A stretch of 64,000 nt of DNA from NCBI GenBank assembly GCA_963695645.1, contig CAVOHC010000004.1, forward strand, positions 150,948 to 214,947. The letters are read 5' to 3'. Below are positions 18,929-27,955 of this stretch, one piece after another. Within the stretch, counting starts at the first letter, position 1, and every line of letters begins with the position of its first letter. A program made the position numbers and the translations under genes. The notes beneath the pieces are model-generated. The model saw only the letters and a program-made list of their open reading frames with translations. It did no database searches and was not told where the DNA came from. The stretch is from an uncultured Actinomycetota bacterium. GTDB lineage: Bacteria > Actinomycetota > Actinomycetes > Streptosporangiales > Streptosporangiaceae.

Positions 18929-19516
18929 GCCAGATCGCTGCGAGCGGTGCGGCGGAAGAAATGACGGACAACTGAGAACTCCCGTTGCTGCATGCCGCAT
19001 CCCCCTCGATGCCGGGACCAAGCGCAGATCCCCGGTATCCACAACGAGTAATCATTACGTTGCGGATCGTATCCACATCTGAGGGGCGACATCCTGAGCT
19101 GCGGCTCGTGTCGGCGTCGGCGATGCGTTAGTGCGGCGGCTCAGGTCGGACCGGCACCTGCAGCAGGAATCGTGGATGCCGCGAGCGAGCCGCACTTCGT
19201 GAGCTGGTGCTGCAAAGTGGCGGGGATCGCTCGCGCCCACGATCAGGCAACTGGCTGGCCTGATATTCGGCTGGCTAGCGGTGGCGGTGACCGGCGCCGT
19301 CCTGCTCACAGCTGGGGCAGCGTACCAAGCGCGACTGCGCGACTTGGGCAAGCTGCGAGCCAGCGGGCGGTGCTGAGGAATGCTCGCTCCGACACTCAGA
19401 GTACGGGTGGACGTACGGTCGGTGAGCGGAGATACTTACGCCGGCGGTTGGAGGGCCAGCCGCCGGGCAGCCCGAGCACCCTGCTTGACCTTTTGGCCAC
19501 CCTCCCGGACCCGAGG

Positions 19517-19873
19517 ATGAGCTCAGAAATGCGTGATCTGGAGCGCCTGACCCGGCTGGCGATCGTTCCGCTGCCGGCCGAGATCGACATCTCCAATGAG
19601 GACGACGTCGGGGAGCAGCTGCGCGCCGCCTTCGCCCCAGGCGTCGCCGTCGTTATCGCAGATCTTGGCTTGACGGTCTTCTGCGATTGCGCTGGTGTCC
19701 GCCACCTGATGCTCGCTCATCAGATGGCGGTCTCGGCCAACGCCGAGCTGAGGGTAGTAGTCCAGTCCGCCGGCGTGCTGCGTGTCCTGGAGGTGCTGGG
19801 AGCTGACCGCGTGCTGCGGATCTTTCCGGGCCTGGGTCCGGCGCTCATGGCAGGCCCTGCTGATGCTGGCTGA
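19517..19873 (+). CDS. STAS-domain protein (anti-sigma-factor antagonist family)
   Basis: Starts at M116 of ORF 19172..19873 (ATG after ccgagg). LAIVPLPAEIDISNEDDVGEQL...VVIADLGLTVFCDCAGVRHLMLAH...LRVVVQSAGVLRVLEVLGADRVLRIF is the STAS/SpoIIAA fold pattern. Confidence 0.75.
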   Translation: MSSEMRDLERLTRLAIVPLPAEIDISNEDDVGEQLRAAFAPGVAVVIADLGLTVFCDCAGVRHLMLAHQMAVSANAELRVVVQSAGVLRVLEVLGADRVLRIFPGLGPALMAGPADAG

Positions 19874-19999
19874 GTCGGGGAGGCTGCCAACGGGGCCGAG
19901 GCGACGGGAGGCGGCCCGGCTTGTCCGGCCGGCGGTATCGGGGCTGTCCCGCGGTCGGGCTGCCCGGCGGCTGGCGCGCCGGTTGGGCTGTCCCGCCGG

Positions 20000-21844
20000 T
20001 CAGGCTGGCGCGGGAATCGAGGCGGCGAGAGTGTCCAGGATCTGCTGCCCGTACCTAGCCAGCTTGCTGTCGCCAACGCCGTTAACCGCGGCCAGTTCGG
20101 CGAGCGTCGACGGCAGCTCAGCGGCGATCTGCCGCAGGGTGGCATCGTGGAAGATCACGTAGGCGGGCATGCCCTGCTCCTTGGCGGCCGTCGCGCGCCA
20201 GGCCCGCAGCCGTTCGAACACGGGCGCAGCCGCGGCGGGCAGGTCAGGCGCCTCGGCGCGGCGGGACTTGGCGGCCCGCGCGGGCCGATCAGGCTCCCGC
20301 CGTAGCATCACCTGGCGCTTCCGGCTCAGCACCGGGTAGCTCGCGTCCGTGAGCACTAGCGTGCCGTACTCGCCCTCCACGGCCAGCAGGCCCTGCGCCA
20401 GCAACTGGCGCACCACGCCACGCCATGCCGAGTCGTCGAGTTCCGTGCCGACACCGAAGACCGTAAGGGAATCGTGGCCGTACTGGACGACCTTGGGCGT
20501 GGACTTGCCGCGCAGGATGTCAATCAGCTGGCCCGCGCCGAATTTCTGATGCCGCTCGCGCAGCAGCCGGAACACCGCCGACAGGAGCTTTTGCGCCGCG
20601 ACCGTGCCGTCCCAGGCCTGCGGCGGCGAGATGCACGTGTCGCAGTTGCCGCACGGGGCGGCGGGCTGGCCGAAGTAGCCGAGGAGCTGCGCCCGGCGGC
20701 ACTCGATCGTCTCGCATAGCGCCAGCATGGCATCGAGGTGAAGGGCGAGCCGGCGCCGGTGCGCCTGGTCGCCATCCGAACTCTCGATCATCTTGCGTTG
20801 CTGCACGACATCCTGGAGCCCGTAGGCAAGCCAGGCGGTGGCAGGCAGGCCGTCACGTCCTGCCCGGCCGGTCTCCTGGTAGTAGCCCTCAACGGACTTG
20901 GGCAGGTCGAGGTGCGCGACGAGCCGCACATCGGGTTTGTCGATGCCCATGCCGAACGCGATCGTGGCTACCATGATCACGCCGTCCTCGCGCAAGAACC
21001 GTGCCTGATTTGCCGCCCGGGTCCTCGCGTCAAGGCCCGCATGGTAAGGCAGCGCCCCGATCCCGTTACTGACCAGGAAGTCAGCCGTCGCTTCCACCGA
21101 CGCCCTGGACAGGCAGTAGACGATCGCCGCGTCACCAGCGTGCTCCGTGCGGAGCAGCCGCAACAGCTGCTGCTTCGGCTCGGCCTTCGGCTCTATGCGA
21201 TAGGTGATGTTCGGGCGATCGAAACTCGCAACGAACTGACGGGCGTCCGCAAGCCGCAGCCTGGTGGCGATCTCGGCGCGCGTTGCCTTGGTGGCCGTTG
21301 CGGTCAGCGCGATACGGGGCACGTCGGGCCAGCGTTCGTGCAACACGGACAGGCCGAGATAATCAGGCCGGAAGTCGTGCCCCCACTGGGCCACGCAATG
21401 CGCCTCGTCGATGGCGAACAGCGAGATGACGCCGCTATCCAGGAGGCTGCACGTCGGCTCGGCGCGCAGTCGTTCTGGCGCCAGGTAGAGCAGGTCAAGC
21501 TCACCGGCGCGGAAGGCGGCCTCGACCTGGCGCCGCTGGAGCGGGTCCTGGGTGGAGTTGAGGAACCCGGCCCGCACGCCGAGCGCCGACAGGGCATCGA
21601 CCTGGTCCTGCATGAGGGCGATCAGCGGCGAGATGACCACGCCGACGCCAGGCCGCACCAGGGCCGGGATCTGGTAGCAGAGCGACTTGCCGCCCCCGGT
21701 CGGCATCAGCACGAGCGCGTCGCCGCCTGCCGTCACATGGTCGATGATTTCGCACTGCCCGTCCCGGAACGACTCGTAGCCGAACACCCGCTGCAGCACC
21801 AGCTGCGCGCCGGCCATTTCGGGACCGGTGCCTGGGGAGGCCAT
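20000..21844 (-). CDS. recQ: ATP-dependent DNA helicase RecQ
   Basis: [54 protein letters not shown], the zinc-binding CGNCDTC and a C-terminal HRDC-like region ([14 protein letters not shown]) are all present. Confidence 0.92.
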   Translation of the reverse strand: MASPGTGPEMAGAQLVLQRVFGYESFRDGQCEIIDHVTAGGDALVLMPTGGGKSLCYQIPALVRPGVGVVISPLIALMQDQVDALSALGVRAGFLNSTQDPLQRRQVEAAFRAGELDLLYLAPERLRAEPTCSLLDSGVISLFAIDEAHCVAQWGHDFRPDYLGLSVLHERWPDVPRIALTATATKATRAEIATRLRLADARQFVASFDRPNITYRIEPKAEPKQQLLRLLRTEHAGDAAIVYCLSRASVEATADFLVSNGIGALPYHAGLDARTRAANQARFLREDGVIMVATIAFGMGIDKPDVRLVAHLDLPKSVEGYYQETGRAGRDGLPATAWLAYGLQDVVQQRKMIESSDGDQAHRRRLALHLDAMLALCETIECRRAQLLGYFGQPAAPCGNCDTCISPPQAWDGTVAAQKLLSAVFRLLRERHQKFGAGQLIDILRGKSTPKVVQYGHDSLTVFGVGTELDDSAWRGVVRQLLAQGLLAVEGEYGTLVLTDASYPVLSRKRQVMLRREPDRPARAAKSRRAEAPDLPAAAAPVFERLRAWRATAAKEQGMPAYVIFHDATLRQIAAELPSTLAELAAVNGVGDSKLARYGQQILDTLAASIPAPA

Positions 21845-22046
21845 TGGCCGAGTCTAAGGCCCGCTCGTGACAGACTCCGGATATGAGGCAGGCGTTCTGG
21901 CGCCAACCGCGCTGCGGCAGTGCGGACCGATCGCCTGCCGGGCACGGCGGCAGTCCTATCCGCTCGGGCGCCGCTCACCGTGGCGGTTCTGGCTCTCGCA
22001 TCAGAGGAATCGTCGCTAGCCTCGCCCGCGGCAGCGCGCGGTCTGC

Positions 22047-22832
22047 TTGAGTCATGTGGTGAACCCGGCCGAGATCATCGCGCTCGCCGGGACTGGCGTC
22101 CTAGCCGGCGTGGCCAGCACAGTCGCGAGCCTCGCGTCGGTTGTCTCCTATCCGGTGCTGCTGGCGTTCGGGCTGCCGCCGGTCAGTGCGAACGTGACGA
22201 ACACGGTGGCGCTGGTATTCACTGGGGTCGGCGCCGCTTCCGGGTCGCGACAAGAACTGGCGGGCCAGGCCGCGCGGGTGCGGCGACTCGGCATGGTGAC
22301 GGCGGCGGGCGGGGCGGCGGGCGCGGCGCTGCTGCTCTTGTCCCCCGCGATGGCATTCCAGCTGGTCGCGCCTTGCCTCATCGGGGGTGCTTCGCTCCTG
22401 CTGCTCGTCCAGCCGATGATCACTGGCCTCACGGCTCGGCCAGACGGTGAGCGCAGCCCGATGCTGCGGGCAGCGCTGTTTGCCGTGGCGGGCTACGTCG
22501 GCTACTTCGGGGCGGCCGGCGGCATTCTTGCCCTCACTGTGCTCACCGCGATGATTGATATGCCGCTAGCCAGGATCAACGCGCTGAAAAACGTGGTCTC
22601 AGGGCTTGCGAACGCCGCGGCAAGCGTGGCATTCGCCTTGTTCGGCCCGGTTCAGTGGGCCGTCGCGGCACCGCTCGCCGCAGGCTTCCTGCTCGGCGGG
22701 TGGATCGGCCCGGCGCTGGTCCGCAGGCTACCTGCGCGAGCCCTGCGCGTGGTCATCGGCACGTGCGGCCTGGCCCTCGCGGCCACCCTCGGTGCCAGGA
22801 CCTACCGATTAGCCGGCCGCCCGGCGTCCTGA
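22047..22832 (+). CDS. TauE/SafE (DUF81) family anion exporter
   Basis: 261 aa with about 7-8 transmembrane helices. GVLAGVASTVASLASVVSYPVLLAFGLPPVSANVTNTV is typical. The TTG at 22047 is the start used by the track; in-frame GTG codons at 22056/22059 are alternatives. Confidence 0.8.
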   Translation: MSHVVNPAEIIALAGTGVLAGVASTVASLASVVSYPVLLAFGLPPVSANVTNTVALVFTGVGAASGSRQELAGQAARVRRLGMVTAAGGAAGAALLLLSPAMAFQLVAPCLIGGASLLLLVQPMITGLTARPDGERSPMLRAALFAVAGYVGYFGAAGGILALTVLTAMIDMPLARINALKNVVSGLANAAASVAFALFGPVQWAVAAPLAAGFLLGGWIGPALVRRLPARALRVVIGTCGLALAATLGARTYRLAGRPAS

Positions 22833-22839
22833 TCGACCG

Positions 22840-24675
22840 TCAGCGGCCGCCGGGTGCCGCCCAGCGGCGGATCATCGCGATGCGTGCCCGGATCTGGTCC
22901 CCGGTGGCCTGCGGCAGCGGTGGTCCCCCGCAGGCCCGCCGCAGGTCCGCATGGATCGCCCCGTGCGGCTGGCCGGTCCGGTGATGCCACGCCGCGATGA
23001 GCTGGTTGAGTTCCTTGCGTGCGGTGGCCAGCGTCTCGCGGGTGGTGGCGGACGCTGGTACCGCGCCGGTGCCGGCTGCCACGCCCGCGCCAGTGTCGGC
23101 CGCCCCAGCCGCGCCGGTGCCGGCCGCCCCGGCCGCGGCAGCGGGTCTTCCCGGGGCCCAGCCGGGACGCCCGGCGCGCGTGTTCGCGAACTGGGCGGCC
23201 TGCCGTTTGCGCAGCAGCAGCGCGACTTGCTCCGGCTCCAGCAGTCCTGGCAGGCCGAGGAACTCTTCCTCCTCGGCCGACGCGCCGAACTCGGCGCCGT
23301 CGTACAGCACCCGGTCGAAATGGGCCGATGCCTCCAGTGCCTTGAATGGAAGCTCGTCAAGATCATCGGGTGTGTTCCGCTGGCGCCGCGCCTCAGCGAG
23401 CTCACGCTCCTCAGCTGCAGCATCGTCGCGGCGGCTGAGCACATGATCGCGTTCGGCCTCCAACTCCGCGGCGTAGCCGAGCAGTGCCGGGATCGATGGC
23501 AGGAAGACCGAGGCAGTCTCACCGCGCCGCCGTGCCCGGACGAACCGGCCCACCGCCTGGGCAAAGAACAGCGCGGTGCCCACGCTCGTCGCGTAAACGC
23601 CCACGGCGAGCCGCGGGATGTCCACGCCCTCGGACACCATGCGGACCGCCACCATCCACCGGTCCCCGGACATCGCGAAACCGGCGATCTTGCGGCTGGC
23701 CGATGGATCGTCGGAGAGTACGACCACCGGCCGGACTCCGGTAATGCGGCGCAGCAGCGTGGCGTAGGCGCGCGCGTCCGCGTGATCGCCGGCGATCACC
23801 AGGCCTGCCGCGTCCGGCATGTCCCTGCGCACCTCGGTGAGCCGCCGGTCAGCGGCTTCGAGCACCCGTACGATCCACGCCCCTTCCGGGTCCAGCGCGG
23901 TCCGCCAGGCCTGCGCGAGCTGATCAGGTGTCATCGGGGCGCCCAGCGTGCCGGTGACCTCGTCGCCGGCACGCGCCCGCCAGCGCATCTCGCCGGAGTA
24001 GGCGAGGAAGATCACTGGCCGGACTACGCCGTCCTCAAGAGCCGGGCCGTACCCGTAGACGTAGTCGGATGAGCTACGCCTGCTGCCGTCCAGGCCCTCG
24101 GCGTAGGTGACGAATGGGATCGGGTTGGCATCGCTGCGGAACGGAGTGCCGGTCAGCCCGAGTCTCCGCTTGGCAGGCTCGAAGGCCTCCCGGACCGCCT
24201 CGCCCCAGGACAGCGCGTCGCCTGCGTGGTGGATCTCGTCGAAGACAACGAGCGTGCGCCGGTTCAGCGTGCGCTGCCTGTGCAGTGCAGGGTGGGCCGC
24301 CACCTGCGCGTAGGTCACAGCGACTCCGGTGAAGTCAGCCGAGGCACGTCCTTGCGCGTTGCGATAGGACGAGTCAAGCGGGATTCTCAGGGCGTGCGCT
24401 GCCTGAGACCACTGGTGCTTCAGATGCTCAGTCGGCGTGACCACGGTGACCGCGGCGATTTCGCGGCGGGCAAGCAGCTCGGCGGCGATCGTCAGGGCGT
24501 ATGCAGTCTTCCCCGCCCCTGGCGTCGCGACCAGCAGGAAGTCACGCCGTGGCTGACGAAAGTACGCGTGATACGCATCCCGTTGCCAGTCGCGCAGCGG
24601 CGGAAGCAAGTCGGGCCTGACGGGTGCGCCGGGGAGGTTTGGCTCATCATCGGGGGCGAACGCGGGGGTAGTCAC
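22840..24675 (-). CDS. Superfamily-2 helicase (ResIII/DEAD-like ATPase plus helicase C)
   Basis: LRDWQRDAYHAY...LLVATPGAGKT (motif I), LVVFDEIHHAG (motif II), GLTGTPFRSD and VRMVSEGVDIPRL are present. GTG start at 24675. Confidence 0.8.
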   Translation of the reverse strand: MTTPAFAPDDEPNLPGAPVRPDLLPPLRDWQRDAYHAYFRQPRRDFLLVATPGAGKTAYALTIAAELLARREIAAVTVVTPTEHLKHQWSQAAHALRIPLDSSYRNAQGRASADFTGVAVTYAQVAAHPALHRQRTLNRRTLVVFDEIHHAGDALSWGEAVREAFEPAKRRLGLTGTPFRSDANPIPFVTYAEGLDGSRRSSSDYVYGYGPALEDGVVRPVIFLAYSGEMRWRARAGDEVTGTLGAPMTPDQLAQAWRTALDPEGAWIVRVLEAADRRLTEVRRDMPDAAGLVIAGDHADARAYATLLRRITGVRPVVVLSDDPSASRKIAGFAMSGDRWMVAVRMVSEGVDIPRLAVGVYATSVGTALFFAQAVGRFVRARRRGETASVFLPSIPALLGYAAELEAERDHVLSRRDDAAAEERELAEARRQRNTPDDLDELPFKALEASAHFDRVLYDGAEFGASAEEEEFLGLPGLLEPEQVALLLRKRQAAQFANTRAGRPGWAPGRPAAAAGAAGTGAAGAADTGAGVAAGTGAVPASATTRETLATARKELNQLIAAWHHRTGQPHGAIHADLRRACGGPPLPQATGDQIRARIAMIRRWAAPGGR

Positions 24676-24829
24676 AGGGCCGAGAGGCTACCAGCGGCAG
24701 CCCCGGTAGCGGTCACGCCACGGGCTCAGGGCCGCACTCTCATACTGCCAGCCGGATACCGGCCATCTCTGACCGGGCGGCGTCGTTACGGGCTGTGGCA
24801 GCGCCCTGCCTAGCCCCTGGTGCACGTCG

Positions 24830-27337
24830 TCATATGTCGGCTGCCGGATCCGTGCTCCTGGTGTAGCTGCGCCGGAACTGGTTGTCAGTGACGGGCCAGC
24901 GCTCTCCGCGGCGCCCTTCCACGACCCAGTCCCCGCGCCGAGCGATCGCCCGCCCCTCCATCGTCCGGAGGACGAGAAGGTCGCTGGCCTGCCATGCGCG
25001 GAAGGTGCCCGTGCGGCGCCAGACTTCGCCGCCGAGCGGCTCGTGACTTTGGCGGAACTCCCGGTCGCGGACCGTGCGCTCATCGCCGGAGTCATCGACG
25101 ACTCGCCAGTCTCCGACATCGCCATGCAGTTCGTCACCGGACAGGCGGGTCCACGGCCGCCGGGCATGCAGCCGTCTCGCCTGGACCGTACCGACGCGGC
25201 GAAAGTCAGCCGCATCGGCTGGCCCGCCTGGCGGCACGATGGGCACGAAGCCGACGTCCTCTAGCTGTGCGAGCTGCGACCGCAGGTAATTGACGCTTCT
25301 CGTGCGCTCGTCAGCTGGAAGATCAGCCCAGGGCACCGCTCTGCTGTTCACGAGCGCATTCCCCATCTTTCCAGCGCTCGACCGGCCAACGCCGCTGCCT
25401 GCGGACCAGCCGGCCGCCAGCCGCCGCTGGTACCAGCGGGTGTGCTCCACGCTGGCGACCTGTTCCACGTCGCGATCGGTCAGCTCGATGAAGCTACCGG
25501 GCGGCACTGCACGGGCCGGGACCCATTCACGCCCGCGGGCTACCACCGCCGTCATCACCGAGCGGACCTGAAGGATGTTGTCCTGGCGGATGAACTCATC
25601 CAGGTCAGCCCACGGGCGTCCGGTGAAGGTCCTCGGCTCACCAGGCACAGCGGGGTGCCTCATCCGGTAACACTCGTGCCAGTGCCGTGCCACCCTTGTC
25701 CACGTGTCCTCGGGCTCCTCGCCGTTTACCATGAAGGTCCGCTGAAAAGGCTGCAACCGGTCGAAGATCGCGCCGTTCGTGGCCGCCCCGTCGGACGTGA
25801 GCATGTACAAGGCAATACCCGGGTGCAGTCGTGCCACCCGCCCTGCCTCGTGCATGCTGGCGTCTGTGCAGGCGTCCGCGACGACAACAGCCGCCTGGGC
25901 TGCCTCGGCCGGGGGCATGGTATCCAGCGTGGCGAGAAGGTGCTCCCGCCACGGACTTGGCTCGGCGTGCACCTGCGGCGCCGCTGCGGCGACGGAATGC
26001 GGGGACGTCGCCTGGTACTCACGCCGCAGGTCTTCCGCCCGCCGGTCCAGGAGCACCACGCGCTGCACCGGATGCGGGGCCAGGGCCTGCCGGTCGGTCT
26101 CATCCAGGCAGGCGGCATCCGGGTGCGCGGCGCGGCCGATGGACGCGGCTTGGGAAAGCTCCCGCCACTCCCAGGCGCGACGGGCAAGCTCCAGGAGGAT
26201 GGCAAGCGCCAACGTACTGTCGCCGCACAAAAGCAGGTGCCGGGCCCCGGCGGAGAAGATCTGATTAACCAGAGCGCACGCGGTCGACTCCAGCGGGCTG
26301 AGCGCGTCCTCAAGCGACCAGCCGGAGTTGCCGCTGTGCCGGCCGCGCCAGTGATCAGCATGCCTGGGGTCATCGATGCGAGCGACCAGGTGCGGCTGCC
26401 GCTCAGGGTCGGGCGGATACCGGTGCAGTACGCCGTTGGCTGCCGTCAGGATTGCGTCGTTCTCCGCAGCGTCTTGGCGCAGCGCGTATAGCTGGCGCAA
26501 GGCGCATCCGCGGCGGCCGGCCAGCACCGGGAGCAGGACTCTGGGGGAGGCCGGGTCACCGATCATGACCCGTGCGCCGGTGGCGCGGGCCTCGTCAAGC
26601 AGGGGGTGGCCGCTGTCCGGCTCGATGACCACGATGCTGCTCCGGCGGCGAGTCTGCGCTAGGCGCTGCAGCAGGGGCACCGTTAATGTATCCAATCCGG
26701 TGAGGACGGTCGCGTCCGCCACCATCCGGGCCCGCAGGCGTCCCAGCGGCTCCCGCCACAGCACCGTCGCCACCGTCAGCGCTCCCACCAGTGTCGCCGC
26801 CAGGCTGATGGCGCCCCCGAACTGCAAGGCCAGCGGTGGCGCTCCCTGGCACCCGCCATACGGGTACGGAGGCGGATTTCCGACATACAGGTCGAGCATC
26901 CAGCCGGCTACCGCGCCTTCAGTCTGCCCACCCCGGCACGGGGTCAGCGCTGAGCAGGTGAGCGCGCCTCCGATCACGACCATCACCGCGACCGTGGTCA
27001 GCCCTACCGCCGCATGCTGCTGGAGTCGGCGCGGCCACCAGTAACACAGCAGCGCCACCAGCCACGCCCCGGCCAGTGCCAGCGGCGCCTGGACGCTTCC
27101 CGGCCGCAGCCAGGCCCGCCACCAGGCCTGCGTCAGATACAGCCATCGGCTGTCTGCAGCGGAGACCCAGGCTCCCCAGGCGAGGTAGCCGGTAATAGCA
27201 GCACCGAGGACCGCCGGCGGCACCCACGCGGCCCGCCGAGTAAAGCGGAGCCTGGCGAGGCGAGTCCTTATCACGGCCTCCCCATCCACCGGCCCGTGAT
27301 ACCAATCAGTAACGTGCTTTCTAGCGGAAGCAGCCAA
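24830..27337 (-). CDS. Multi-pass membrane protein with a Rossmann-like central region, two RyR-like repeats and a small C-terminal beta domain
   Basis: 835 aa with N-terminal hydrophobic helices. IVVIEPDSGHPLLDEARATGARVMIGDP is TrkA-N-like. The RyR-like repeats are WTRVARHWHECYRMRHP...RPWADLDEFIRQDNI and VASVEHTRWYQRRLAAGWS...VPWADLPADERTRSVNYLRSQL. The C-terminal ARRGDWVVEGRRGERWPVTDNQFRRSY is PGDYG-like. The track start is TTG, so the start is uncertain. Confidence 0.5.
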   Translation of the reverse strand: MAASARKHVTDWYHGPVDGEAVIRTRLARLRFTRRAAWVPPAVLGAAITGYLAWGAWVSAADSRWLYLTQAWWRAWLRPGSVQAPLALAGAWLVALLCYWWPRRLQQHAAVGLTTVAVMVVIGGALTCSALTPCRGGQTEGAVAGWMLDLYVGNPPPYPYGGCQGAPPLALQFGGAISLAATLVGALTVATVLWREPLGRLRARMVADATVLTGLDTLTVPLLQRLAQTRRRSSIVVIEPDSGHPLLDEARATGARVMIGDPASPRVLLPVLAGRRGCALRQLYALRQDAAENDAILTAANGVLHRYPPDPERQPHLVARIDDPRHADHWRGRHSGNSGWSLEDALSPLESTACALVNQIFSAGARHLLLCGDSTLALAILLELARRAWEWRELSQAASIGRAAHPDAACLDETDRQALAPHPVQRVVLLDRRAEDLRREYQATSPHSVAAAAPQVHAEPSPWREHLLATLDTMPPAEAAQAAVVVADACTDASMHEAGRVARLHPGIALYMLTSDGAATNGAIFDRLQPFQRTFMVNGEEPEDTWTRVARHWHECYRMRHPAVPGEPRTFTGRPWADLDEFIRQDNILQVRSVMTAVVARGREWVPARAVPPGSFIELTDRDVEQVASVEHTRWYQRRLAAGWSAGSGVGRSSAGKMGNALVNSRAVPWADLPADERTRSVNYLRSQLAQLEDVGFVPIVPPGGPADAADFRRVGTVQARRLHARRPWTRLSGDELHGDVGDWRVVDDSGDERTVRDREFRQSHEPLGGEVWRRTGTFRAWQASDLLVLRTMEGRAIARRGDWVVEGRRGERWPVTDNQFRRSYTRSTDPAADI

Positions 27338-27622
27338 GCCCGCCGTTACGTCGACGGTGACACAGAACGGCGTAACCGCCTAGTCCTGTATCGGGGCCAT
27401 CGATACCCCCGGCATCGCGCGGGGGCACCGATTAGTTCGGGTCGTGGCCCCGGCGGGCAGGCGTCGGCGGCACTGCCCTGAAAGTCTCGGCGACAGATTG
27501 ATGCGGACGTGCCGCGCATGCCGTACCCTAATCCGGTGGCACCCGGGCCATGGGAGAGTACTGACCCATGAATCGGGCGGCGAGTCCAGGCGATGCCGGG
27601 TCACGTTAGCTCGTAGCAGGCT

Positions 27623-27669
27623 CTGGTTACTCGGTGTGATAACCTACGCGCACCTGGTTACTCACTGTG
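27623..27669 (+). promoter_or_regulatory. Pair of 16-nt direct repeats upstream of fxsA (candidate regulator-binding site)
   Basis: ctggttactcggtgtg (27623-27638) and ctggttactcactgtg (27654-27669) share 14/16 positions and are spaced 31 bp start to start. They are followed by an AT-rich patch (gttgcaaaaactgtctatacaga, ~27688-27710). Confidence 0.3.
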
Positions 27670-27760
27670 TTCGGGGAACCGGACAAAGTTGCAAAAACTG
27701 TCTATACAGACGCACCACATGGGTGGTGCCGGAGCCTTGGGCGAGATTGGCTGGCACGTT

Positions 27761-27940
27761 ATGCATATCACCGAGGACATCAGCAGGACGGTTCCGTCTA
27801 AACTGGCAGATCTCCGGGATGTGCCGCTGGCGGAGATGCCGACCCTGAGCGCGGTGACCCTTGATGAGGCGTTTGACGGTATTATGCCGGGCTCGAAGGC
27901 AGTTCCGGTGCCGGTCATGGCATTCGCCTCCGCCATCTAA
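27761..27940 (+). CDS. fxsA: FxSxx-COOH RiPP precursor peptide
   Basis: MHITEDISRTVPSKLADLRDVPLAEMPTLSAVTLDEAFDGIMPGSKAVPVPVMAFASAI-stop ends in F-A-S-A-I and lies 15 nt upstream of the radical SAM gene. G/C third-position bias becomes clear only from 27761. In-frame alternative starts are ATG 27719 and TTG 27689. Confidence 0.8.
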   Translation: MHITEDISRTVPSKLADLRDVPLAEMPTLSAVTLDEAFDGIMPGSKAVPVPVMAFASAI

Positions 27941-27955
27941 GCCTGCGGGCCTGAC

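Noticed and set aside
18612-19092. N-terminal extension of the propeller protein (LRSIRLCS repeats) or a separate 154-aa YGSAQ-repeat protein as real products
   Set aside because: Neither can be supported. None of the frames through the array shows the strong G/C third-position bias of genuine genes here, and five of the six frames are open simply because of the repeat unit. I left this as an open question in the findings rather than annotating a CDS.
19873-20000. Rho-independent terminator between the convergent STAS and recQ genes
   Set aside because: The region contains two similar GC-rich direct segments (gggctgtcccgc.ggtc.ggctg), but I could not find a convincing stem-loop followed by a T-tract. 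High-GC actinomycetes often lack canonical terminators.
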